Translations under genes and position numbers: made by a program
Notes under the pieces: generated by a model
The model's input: only the letters and a program-made list of their open reading frames with translations
Databases searched by the model: none
Told to the model about the DNA's origin: nothing
Part shown: one piece after another, positions 9,785 to 17,874 of the stretch
How the letters are laid out: each line of letters opens with the position of its first letter
Numbering within the stretch: position 1 is the stretch's first letter
NCBI GenBank assembly: GCA_023265515.1
Contig: JAHFSZ010000002.1
Span: forward strand, 8,358 to 72,357
Source of the DNA: Verrucomicrobiota bacterium
GTDB lineage: Bacteria > Verrucomicrobiota > Verrucomicrobiia > JABWAM01 > JAHFSZ01
DNA length: 64,000 nucleotides
Direction: 5' to 3'

Positions 9785-10792
9785 TTGACCGCGCGCTCAG
9801 GAGTACAACCCATCCATCCGATGCCCAACAACACCACCTTCAAGGTCACCAAACACGTTACCGTCGAAGATTTTTATACGGCCCATGCCGAGGCGTTACA
9901 GTTGAAACTGATCGCGGGCGCCACCGGCCTGCACCGCAGAATCCGTGAAGGTTCGGTCAACCGTTTGGGCCTCGCCCTCAGCGGTTTTTTTACATACTTC
10001 GCGGAAAAAAGGGTCCAGATCATGGGCAGCGCCGAAACAAGCTATCTGCGTTCCCTGAGCAAACCGACCCTTCGCACCCGCGTGCGCGCCCTCTTCAGCA
10101 AGAAAATCCCATGCATCATTTTCGCCCGCAGCATCAACCCCCCCGCCCTGTTCATTGAAGAGGCGGAGGACCATCAGATTCCCATTTTCAAGTCGCCAAT
10201 GATCACGATGCGACTCGTCAACGCGGTGACGATCTACCTCGAATCCGATTTTGCGCCCCAGACCAACGAGCACGCCAGCATGGTCGACATCATGGGCATC
10301 GGTACTCTCATCCGCGGCAAGAGCGGCATTGGCAAAAGCGAGTGCGTCCTTTCCCTCGTGGAGTGCGGCTTCAGCATCGTTTCCGATGACATGACCCGGA
10401 TCCGCCTGCTGGAGGGACGGGAACTGATCGGCACTTGCCCGAACAAGGTGGCCGGCTACCACATGGAGGTCCGCGGTCTTGGGATCATCCACGTCGGGCA
10501 CATTTTCGGCGTGGGAAGCATCCGGGCCGAAAAGCGCGTTGATCTGGTCGTCACGCTGGTTGACTGGGCAGAGATCGAGGACAAGATCGACCGGCTTGGG
10601 ATGGATCAGAACACGACCGAAATCCTGGGCATCAAGGTGCCTCAGGTGATTATCCCCGTCCGGCCGGGGCGCGACATCGCCAAACTCGTCCAGGTCGCCG
10701 CCATGGACCAGAAGTTGAAGTTGATGGGTTACAACTCGGCGCTTGAATTCAACCAGCGTCTTATTCAAACCATGAAGCATAATCATCTGTAG
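9785..10792 (+). CDS. hprK: HPr kinase/phosphorylase
   Basis: P-loop GKSGIGKSE and the HprK C-terminal catalytic domain; full-length form with an N-terminal domain. The start may be M at 9821. Confidence 0.9.
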   Translation: MTARSGVQPIHPMPNNTTFKVTKHVTVEDFYTAHAEALQLKLIAGATGLHRRIREGSVNRLGLALSGFFTYFAEKRVQIMGSAETSYLRSLSKPTLRTRVRALFSKKIPCIIFARSINPPALFIEEAEDHQIPIFKSPMITMRLVNAVTIYLESDFAPQTNEHASMVDIMGIGTLIRGKSGIGKSECVLSLVECGFSIVSDDMTRIRLLEGRELIGTCPNKVAGYHMEVRGLGIIHVGHIFGVGSIRAEKRVDLVVTLVDWAEIEDKIDRLGMDQNTTEILGIKVPQVIIPVRPGRDIAKLVQVAAMDQKLKLMGYNSALEFNQRLIQTMKHNHL

Positions 10793-10800
10793 AAAATGCC

Positions 10801-11109
10801 ATGACCATCATGGGAAACAAACCGAACAAGAAAGCCGGAGATACGGTCATCCAGGACTGCATCATCGTCAACAAGCTTGGCCTGCACGCCCGTCCGGCCG
10901 CCCTTTTTGTGAAGACTTCCAATCGCTTTGAATCCGATATCACTGTCGAAAAAGACGGTGAGCAGGTCAATGGCAAGAGCATCATGGGCCTGATGATGCT
11001 GGCCGCTGGCTGCGGCTCCAAGGTCCGCATCAAAGCTACAGGAGCTGACGCGAAGGAAGCGATTGGCGAGATTGGAAAATTGATTACCCGCAAGTTTGAT
11101 GAGGAATAG
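10801..11109 (+). CDS. ptsH: phosphocarrier protein HPr
   Basis: ~100 aa with GLHARPA around the phosphorylatable His and an adjacent Ser-region motif; follows hprK. Confidence 0.85.
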   Translation: MTIMGNKPNKKAGDTVIQDCIIVNKLGLHARPAALFVKTSNRFESDITVEKDGEQVNGKSIMGLMMLAAGCGSKVRIKATGADAKEAIGEIGKLITRKFDEE

Positions 11110-11110
11110 T

Positions 11111-11146
11111 CCTCATTGGCCAAATGAGGCTATCCGGCCTGTTTTT
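11111..11146 (+). terminator. putative intrinsic terminator after ptsH (7-bp stem CCTCATT/AATGAGG, downstream T-run)
   Basis: Hairpin 11111-11129 directly after the ptsH stop, with a TTTTT run at 11142-11146. The spacing is not ideal. Confidence 0.4.
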
Positions 11147-11197
11147 CCTCCCCCTTCGCGAATTGACTTTGACCCCACTTAAAACTAGCGTTTTAGT

Positions 11198-11677
11198 GTG
11201 GATCACGAGACCAAAGAACGGCTTGAAACCTTCCTCACCCAGAAGGGACTAAGGCGCACCGCCCAACGCGCGGCCATCCTGGAGGCGGCCTTCGGCACCA
11301 CCGAACATTTCACCGCCGAAACCCTGCTCACCATGGCTCGGGACCGGGATCCCTCCGTCTCGCGCGCCACCGTCTACCGGACGCTGGCACTTCTGACCGA
11401 GACCGGCCTGCTCAAGGAGTTGGACCTGGGCAAGGACTTCAAATTTTACGACCCCAACTATTCCAAGCACCCAAACCACCATCACATCATCTGCAACGAC
11501 TGTGACAAGATCGTGGAGTTCGAGAGCAAGGACATCGAGCAGCTCGAAAGCGAGATTTCCCACAAGCTCGGCTTCACCATCGGCTCCCAGAAGATCGAAA
11601 TCCGCGGCAACTGCGAGGACCTGAAGAAGAAGGGCGTTTGCTCCAATCAAACCGGTTGTGAGAAGAAGAAGACTTGA
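11198..11677 (+). CDS. Fur-family metalloregulator (Fur/Zur/PerR type)
   Basis: Winged-helix N-terminal (RxTxQR...VYRTL), an HHH metal site, and CxxC plus C...C structural zinc cysteines; GTG start. Confidence 0.85.
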   Translation: MDHETKERLETFLTQKGLRRTAQRAAILEAAFGTTEHFTAETLLTMARDRDPSVSRATVYRTLALLTETGLLKELDLGKDFKFYDPNYSKHPNHHHIICNDCDKIVEFESKDIEQLESEISHKLGFTIGSQKIEIRGNCEDLKKKGVCSNQTGCEKKKT

Positions 11678-11704
11678 CCGAATTCGACGCCTATCGGCGC
11701 AAGA

Positions 11705-12175
11705 TCAGGTGAAGATTTTGCCGACTTCTTCGATGTCTTCCGCGTCGAACTGAAAGCCTGCCTCCTTGGAACGGGCGCGAAGCTTCGCCAGCAACTGGGC
11801 AAGCTGGCTGGTGGCGTTGACCGTGTAGAAACGGACCAGACCGACGGTCGTTTGTTCACCGAAGATCGTGATGAGGATGTTATTTTCGTCGATCGAGGTC
11901 ATGAAGATGTGCGCGTCCTTACCCTGATGATAGAGGGCGCTGAACTCGATCTCACCGATCCGCCGGGCAAGCTCCTTGGTCGCCGCGAACGAACCCGCCG
12001 CCAGCGCCGCCAGGATGGTGGTATCGGCAATGTTAAAGTCTCCTTGCTGGGAAATCACGGTACCGCCTTTGTCGATGACAACGGCGAGGTTCGCCTCCGA
12101 CTTCTGGAGGAAATCATTAAGAATCGCATCCAGCTGCTGGACGTCTTCCACCGACAATATTGGGATGGTCTCCAT
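11705..12175 (-). CDS. mglB: Roadblock/LC7-domain protein MglB (GTPase-activating partner of MglA)
   Basis: Roadblock fold sequence similar to myxobacterial MglB; lies directly downstream of mglA with a 12-nt gap. Confidence 0.8.
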   Translation of the reverse strand: METIPILSVEDVQQLDAILNDFLQKSEANLAVVIDKGGTVISQQGDFNIADTTILAALAAGSFAATKELARRIGEIEFSALYHQGKDAHIFMTSIDENNILITIFGEQTTVGLVRFYTVNATSQLAQLLAKLRARSKEAGFQFDAEDIEEVGKIFT

Positions 12176-12187
12176 GTTGCCTTCCCT

Positions 12188-12832
12188 TTACCTGACGGTC
12201 GACATCAGCACCGTCGTCTTCGATCGTTTGTCCGGTGAGTAGCTTTCCTTCGTGAATTTGTAAAGCAAGAGGCGCGAGATTGCGTTGAGCGTTGAAAAAA
12301 CATTTTCGCCCGTGGTCGCGCAGCCTTCGAACGACTGAACCTTCACCTTCCGGTTGTTCAAAAGGTATTCAAGGTAGTTGACTGGCGCGACATTGGGCAT
12401 GTCTCTCTTGTTATACTGCAGCACGTAAGGAATCTCATCAAGATTTATGTTCATCTTGGCCAGGTTCTCCTCCATGTTGCGAAAACTTTCGACGTTCTCC
12501 TCCATCTTGTCCCACTGCGAATCGGCGACAAAGACAATGCCATCGACACTGCGAAGAACCAGCTGGCGGGTCGCGTTGTAAATCACCTGGCCAGGAACCG
12601 TGTAAAGCTGGAACTTGGTCTTGAAGCCCTTGATGACAACAGCGTGCAGTGGAAGAAAATCAAAAAAAAGCGTCCGGTCGGCGGCCGTCGCCAGCGACAC
12701 CATGTCGCCACGGTTGTCAGGGGCGACCTGCGAGTGGATGTAGGTTAGGTTGGTGGTCTTGCCGCCGAGCGCGGGCCCATAGTAGACGATCTTGAATTGA
12801 ATTTCTTTATTGGCGTAATTGATGATTGACAT
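12188..12832 (-). CDS. mglA: Ras-like small GTPase MglA
   Basis: Near-colinear match to Myxococcus MglA: KIVYYGPxLxGKTTNL P-loop, RTLFFDFLPL switch region, FKTxFxLYTVPGQ and DGxVFVADSQ. Confidence 0.9.
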   Translation of the reverse strand: MSIINYANKEIQFKIVYYGPALGGKTTNLTYIHSQVAPDNRGDMVSLATAADRTLFFDFLPLHAVVIKGFKTKFQLYTVPGQVIYNATRQLVLRSVDGIVFVADSQWDKMEENVESFRNMEENLAKMNINLDEIPYVLQYNKRDMPNVAPVNYLEYLLNNRKVKVQSFEGCATTGENVFSTLNAISRLLLYKFTKESYSPDKRSKTTVLMSTVR

Positions 12833-12844
12833 AACTTTATCCGC

Positions 12845-14713
12845 TCATGCCGCGCTGAGATTCTGACGGCTCAGTTCTTCCGCCAAACGTTCGACTCGCT
12901 TGAAAAACCCGCGGTTGATCTTTTCGCCGGAATGCCATAACAGCAGAAACACACCTGGTGCCCGAAAGAAGCTCACGAGGCGTTTTTCCAAAAGGATGGT
13001 AACGCGCGAAACTTTACCAGCGCCGGCGGGCTCAATTCCACGTGCCAGATGCCGGAAAATCTGTGGGATAAACGCGCTGATCATCTGCTTATCGAATCCT
13101 TCGGGGGGTCTGCCTGCGAGCACAAGTCCATCCTCCGCCACCATCATCCCGGCGACAACTTCGAACTTGGCGATCGCGGTATCAATGATTTCCTGTACTT
13201 TTAAAGTACGCTGATCTGTCAAAGTCAGCAACCGATTAAGTGCACTGACGTTCACGGCCCCGGCGGGCTCGGGCATGCTGGACAGCCGCAGAAGGCTTTT
13301 CCGGCGGACGCCGACATCCTTCAGGTCCTGCAATGACAGGGTTTTCACGCGATCCCGCTGGTCGAGGATTTTCCGCGCGACTTGGAAGGACACGCCGTTC
13401 AATTCCGTGAATTCATGCGGGTGAAAGCGGTTCACCCGCTGCATCAGAACGGCTTCGTCAAAATTTTCGGCCGTTGGGCAGATTTCCAGGTCTTTTGGCT
13501 CCGGAGACCTTTGCTGCTCCGCGGGCACATCCGCGGCTTCCTCCGGTTTGATTTCGGCGGCCGCCGGTTGGGTCTTCGCAGTCGCCGCAACAGACGCCAC
13601 TCCCGCCCCCGACTTTTCTGTAAAGAGATTGGCAGGAATGCTCGAGTCATCCGGCAGCTTCACCTCCGGGGAGCCCTCAACCTTGATCATATCGGCGGGG
13701 ATTTGCGCAACGATCCGGTCCAGCGGCAGTACCACTTCGGCGGATTGGTTGACGGAATTGACCGCATTGACCATGTGCGCAGGGAAAAAAGGATGAAGCG
13801 CGGAATACTCAATCGCGATCCGGCCCGAGGCAAGCTTCGGCAACACAAGCTCGATCGGAAGCTCGATGACCTGTTCACCGGCCTCTTCGAGGCATTTCTG
13901 GCGCGGGATGGCGAGGAGATCTTCGGGCAGTCGCTTGAGAAGGCTTATCAGGAAAAGCCTCACACTGGTCACCGGGCCTGAAGGGGCTTCGAGCTGCTCC
14001 GCACCAGCAGGCGGTTCAACCTCAGCAGGAGAATCGACGCGCACGGAAAGTTTGGGCGGCTCAATCGGCGCCGGCACTCCCGCCTGCGGAGGCGGCTGGG
14101 GAATCTGCGGCTCAGGCCGTGGCGGTTCCAGGATTTTGATTTCAGCGGGTGTTCCACTCTTGCCTTCCGAAAACGGCGACTCGACAAAATTGGGATCGAT
14201 TTCCTGCCGGACCTGGCCCTCAACGATCAAAAGTTCCGGTGGAATACTCGCCACCACGTCCGGCAACGGCATTCGGATCGCTTCCTTTCTGTTGACGCCG
14301 GCCCGGGTGATCTCGCCACCGATTTGGTCCAGGATGAGCTCAAGCGGAACCGTAATCCGTCCGCTGGTGAGTTGCGGCAAAAGAACTCCCGCCTCGAAGG
14401 TGAATGTTTCAGGAATCTGCGCCACTGAGAGCTTGTTGGGATCGACCAGGTTACCGGGAAGGCTCTGGATGATCGGCGCCGCGGCAATTTGGATCGTCAC
14501 GCCGCTTGAACTTACGGCACTCCCCGGGGATCCCTGCGAAGCTGCGGAATCGCCGCCTGCAACATCCATTCCCTTGGGTCGGAAGACCTGCGTCTGGCTC
14601 ATTCGAAGCGCCTCGTGAGGATCGACCCCGGGCGGCAGAGGCTTCTTCTGCATCCCCGAAGGCCGGATGACCGGAATCGGCATCTTGGGTCGGGTTTTTG
14701 GAAAATCCGCCAT
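12845..14713 (-). CDS. Pro-rich multidomain protein: 3 internal ~35-aa repeats + ComEA-like helix-hairpin-helix + C-terminal Roadblock/LC7 domain
   Basis: Repeated (I/V)xLPxELxLPxLxSGRI motif at roughly residues 100, 290 and 330. HhH segment (FTELNGVSFQVARKIL...LQDLKDVGVRRK). The C-terminal ~110 aa aligns to the MglB-type roadblock fold (VVAGMMVAEDGLVLAG...RVTILLEKRLVSFF). No confident named orthologue recognised. Confidence 0.6.
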   Translation of the reverse strand: MADFPKTRPKMPIPVIRPSGMQKKPLPPGVDPHEALRMSQTQVFRPKGMDVAGGDSAASQGSPGSAVSSSGVTIQIAAAPIIQSLPGNLVDPNKLSVAQIPETFTFEAGVLLPQLTSGRITVPLELILDQIGGEITRAGVNRKEAIRMPLPDVVASIPPELLIVEGQVRQEIDPNFVESPFSEGKSGTPAEIKILEPPRPEPQIPQPPPQAGVPAPIEPPKLSVRVDSPAEVEPPAGAEQLEAPSGPVTSVRLFLISLLKRLPEDLLAIPRQKCLEEAGEQVIELPIELVLPKLASGRIAIEYSALHPFFPAHMVNAVNSVNQSAEVVLPLDRIVAQIPADMIKVEGSPEVKLPDDSSIPANLFTEKSGAGVASVAATAKTQPAAAEIKPEEAADVPAEQQRSPEPKDLEICPTAENFDEAVLMQRVNRFHPHEFTELNGVSFQVARKILDQRDRVKTLSLQDLKDVGVRRKSLLRLSSMPEPAGAVNVSALNRLLTLTDQRTLKVQEIIDTAIAKFEVVAGMMVAEDGLVLAGRPPEGFDKQMISAFIPQIFRHLARGIEPAGAGKVSRVTILLEKRLVSFFRAPGVFLLLWHSGEKINRGFFKRVERLAEELSRQNLSAA

Positions 14714-14725
14714 GACTCGACTCTT

Positions 14726-16429
14726 TTAGAGATCCACCATCGTGATTGCAAGAGCCTCTTCAAGCGTGCTGAGTCCCTGCCTGGCCTTGTCGATGGCGTT
14801 GCGCCTGAGTGTCTGCATCCCCTGCTGAAGCGCGACCGTTTTGATTTCATTGGCCGCCCTGCGCTGGATCACCAAGAGGCGGATCTCCTCCGTGATCGGG
14901 ATCAGCTCGAGCACGGCAAGGCGCCCGGAATAGCCTGTATTTTTGCAGTAATCGCAGCCATGGCCCTTGAAAAATTTGGTTGCCCTCGCCTCTTCCTGCG
15001 ACATTTCCAATTGCTCCATCAGCTTTTGCGGCACTTGGACGGGCTCCTTGCAGTGGCCGCAGATTCGCCGCATCAGGCGCTGTGCGCAAGAGAGCGTCAC
15101 ACTGGAGGCGACGAGGAACGGCTCGATTTGCATGTCGATGAGCCGCGTGATGGCGCCTGCCGCGTCGTTCGTATGCAGGGTGCTCAATACCTGGTGACCG
15201 GTGAGCGCCGCTTTGACGGCGATGTCCGCAGTCTCGTTGTCCCGGATCTCACCGATCATCACGATATCCGGATCCTGGCGAAGGATGGAACGCAGAGCAG
15301 CCGCGAAGTCGAAACCAATCTCAGGTTTTACCTGGACCTGGTTGATCCCGTTGAGCTGGTACTCGACCGGGTCCTCAACAGTGACAATGTTGTAGATCGG
15401 CTGATTGAGGTGGGCCAGCGCCGAATAAAGAGTCGTGGTCTTGCCCGATCCCGTGGGCCCGGTCACGAGCATCATTCCGTGAGGCGCCTCCAGCGCCTCC
15501 ATGAATTTTTTCAGGCTGTCCGAATCCATCCCGATCGAGTCGATGCTTGGCGCAAGCCCGCTCTTGTCGAGAAGACGAAGCACGACTTTTTCTCCATGGA
15601 TCGTTGGCAGGAACGAGGCGCGAAAATCGAATTCCTTGCCGGACATGCTGATGCGGATGCGGCCATCCTGAGGCAGACGACGTTCAGAGATGTTGAGTTT
15701 CGCCATGATCTTGAGGCGGGAAATGAGCGCATTTTGCATCGACTTGGGCGGCGGCGGATAGTCGTAGAGGCTGCCGTCGACGCGGTAGCGGAGCTTCAGA
15801 TACTTTTCATAGCATTCCATGTGGATGTCGCTTGCCTTGTCCTTCACCGAGGTGGCCAGCATCATATTGGCAATTTTGATGACCGGCGCCGCTTCGGGGT
15901 TCTCTTCGGAGACATCGGCTTTTTCATCCTCGGAGATCTCGATGCTTGTATCGTCGGCCTCCGCTTCGGCCAGGAGGTCCTGCATACCGGCGGCCGATGC
16001 CGCTTCCGCGATCGCCATGGCATCCTGAACCGCCTTTTCGGTCGAAATCATCGGAACAATTTCCATCCTGGTGATCTGTCTGAGTTCGTCGAGGGCCAGG
16101 ACATTGAGAGGATCGGCCATCGCCACGTAGAGCATGTTGCCGAGCCGCGCGATGGGGATCAGCTGGTGATTCTTGGCGATATCCTTGGGAACCAGATCGA
16201 GGAGTTCCTTTGAAATCTTCATCCGCGAAAGATTGACCGGCGGGGTGCCGAGGCAACGACCCATGCTGATCATCATGTCCTGTTCGGTGACGTATTTCTT
16301 GTCGAGAAGGAGTTTGAGAAGGCGTCCGCCCTGGGTCTTTTGGATTTCAAGAATCTCCTCGAGCTGTGAGCTCTCAAGGAGGCCATCCTCGATCAGGATA
16401 TCCGCAATTCTTTCACCGAATGGTTTCAT
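14726..16429 (-). CDS. PilB/GspE-family secretion/pilus assembly ATPase
   Basis: N-terminal T2SSE_N-like domain, Walker A GPTGSGKTT, Asp/His boxes and a tetracysteine motif CGHCK...CDYCKNTG. Confidence 0.9.
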   Translation of the reverse strand: MKPFGERIADILIEDGLLESSQLEEILEIQKTQGGRLLKLLLDKKYVTEQDMMISMGRCLGTPPVNLSRMKISKELLDLVPKDIAKNHQLIPIARLGNMLYVAMADPLNVLALDELRQITRMEIVPMISTEKAVQDAMAIAEAASAAGMQDLLAEAEADDTSIEISEDEKADVSEENPEAAPVIKIANMMLATSVKDKASDIHMECYEKYLKLRYRVDGSLYDYPPPPKSMQNALISRLKIMAKLNISERRLPQDGRIRISMSGKEFDFRASFLPTIHGEKVVLRLLDKSGLAPSIDSIGMDSDSLKKFMEALEAPHGMMLVTGPTGSGKTTTLYSALAHLNQPIYNIVTVEDPVEYQLNGINQVQVKPEIGFDFAAALRSILRQDPDIVMIGEIRDNETADIAVKAALTGHQVLSTLHTNDAAGAITRLIDMQIEPFLVASSVTLSCAQRLMRRICGHCKEPVQVPQKLMEQLEMSQEEARATKFFKGHGCDYCKNTGYSGRLAVLELIPITEEIRLLVIQRRAANEIKTVALQQGMQTLRRNAIDKARQGLSTLEEALAITMVDL

Positions 16430-17259
16430 GACAGGAGCCGAAACACGTCTTGTATCTTGAGCCGCAGGTCATTGGGGTGCGTGATGTACCACTGGACGTG
16501 GCACTGGGCGGCCGACTCGATCTGATGCCTGGCGTGACGGTCCATTGGGTTGACCGTCGCGGCGAAAATGGTGCGGCTGATCTTATCGAACGGAAGAACC
16601 ATCCGCGAAACGCAAAGCGCAGGATCCACCAGCTCGGCCCGCCGCGCATCCACGTCGTACGTATCCATCGGCATGAACGGAATCTTGGCGGTCTGTGATA
16701 GAAAGAGCAGCGTGTTTTCAATGGCGGAGATGCCGCGGTCCGCCAGCACTTCGATGACGGTCGGCGCAGGGGTGTTGGGGTGCGATTCTGCAATTCTGGA
16801 GGCAAAATCGCTCAGGATTGAGGAGCGGTTTTTCTCCGGGAAAAGACCGTGCTGGATCATGAAATCGATCAGGATTTCGTTCGGATTTTCCTCCTCGACA
16901 GCCTGCGTATCCACCGGGGCAGGCGCGGGCGCGGGCTGAACTTCGCCTACGGCGGCGTAGCCGGGCATCTTGCTTTCAAGTTCGCCGAGAGCTGCCAGGG
17001 CCTCCCCATCATCCGGTGAGCGTTGCAGGACGCCTTCATACTCGAGGATCGCAGAGGAGATTTGTCCCAGGCGGACGTAAATTTTGGCGATCTTCTTCGA
17101 GGCTTCAATGGCGTCTTTTTCCCGACCGAGCTTGGTGTAGGCCTCCTTAAGGATTTCCATCGACTGATAGTCGTCCGGATCCGCCGCGGTGATCACTTCA
17201 AACATCTGCACCGTCTCAAGAAGCTTGGGGTCTTCCTGGATTTTTTTGTGGGAAGCCAT
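16426..17259 (-). CDS. TPR-repeat protein with C-terminal GspE-N-terminal (T2SSE_N/MshEN-like) domain
   Basis: TPR-like helical repeats in the N-terminal half; the C-terminal ~110 aa resemble the N-terminal domain of GspE/MshE ATPases. Overlaps the ATPase gene by 4 nt; the start is probably M at 17259 rather than the track start at 17322. Confidence 0.6.
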   Translation of the reverse strand: MASHKKIQEDPKLLETVQMFEVITAADPDDYQSMEILKEAYTKLGREKDAIEASKKIAKIYVRLGQISSAILEYEGVLQRSPDDGEALAALGELESKMPGYAAVGEVQPAPAPAPVDTQAVEEENPNEILIDFMIQHGLFPEKNRSSILSDFASRIAESHPNTPAPTVIEVLADRGISAIENTLLFLSQTAKIPFMPMDTYDVDARRAELVDPALCVSRMVLPFDKISRTIFAATVNPMDRHARHQIESAAQCHVQWYITHPNDLRLKIQDVFRLLS

Positions 17260-17635
17260 GGAACCGACCTGGGAGCGCCTTGAGGCAACAGGCCGCCATG
17301 AAGTTCGCTCCGGCCGTTCCAATATGAGTTCATTTCAATCAATAGGCAAGGACAGTTTGAGCTTCCCGCCTGCGTAAGTCGTACAGAATCAACGAATAAG
17401 AAATTTGACTCATGGTGGCAGGTTTTTGGCAAAGCCCTGTTTTCGAGGTGCGAAAGCCGGGATCGATGAGGCCGCTTTCGTCATTCCCCCGCCCTGCCCG
17501 AATGCTCCGGAGGACATCCCGCCGAGGGCAACTCGCTCAAATCTGCATCCCCAAATAAGGGCCCCTTGGTTTCATCCAAGCAGGGGGGGCAAAAAGTTTC
17601 TTAACATCCCGGCGGAAGTCGATTAAGATACGAGC

Positions 17636-17782
17636 ATGAGATATCTCCTGATCTTCGTTCTCGCCGTTTCCGCACTCGGTTCGTTGACCGGTTGCGGCTA
17701 CAGCAAACTCTACAAGGATTACAACGACTATCAAGATCACGACGACGACAATACCATTCCCAAGAGCCGGCAGTCGCGTTAA
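17636..17782 (+). CDS. small (48 aa) putative lipoprotein, Asp/Tyr-rich
   Basis: Not in the ORF track. ATG at 17636; signal peptide with lipobox LTGC; low-complexity acidic tail. Sits in the 550-bp gap upstream of metH. Confidence 0.3.
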   Translation: MRYLLIFVLAVSALGSLTGCGYSKLYKDYNDYQDHDDDNTIPKSRQSR

Positions 17783-17874
17783 AAGGCCGTCTCCCGCCTG
17801 CTTTGTTCGCTTCCTTCTGTCACCAACGCTCTCCTCCGTGGGGGCGTGACTCTTAACACGCTCATTTCTATGGT

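Noticed and set aside
17783-17874. SAM/SAH or cobalamin riboswitch in front of metH
   Set aside because: Could not match any conserved riboswitch core by eye, and the segment is short. It would need a covariance-model scan; not reported as a feature.
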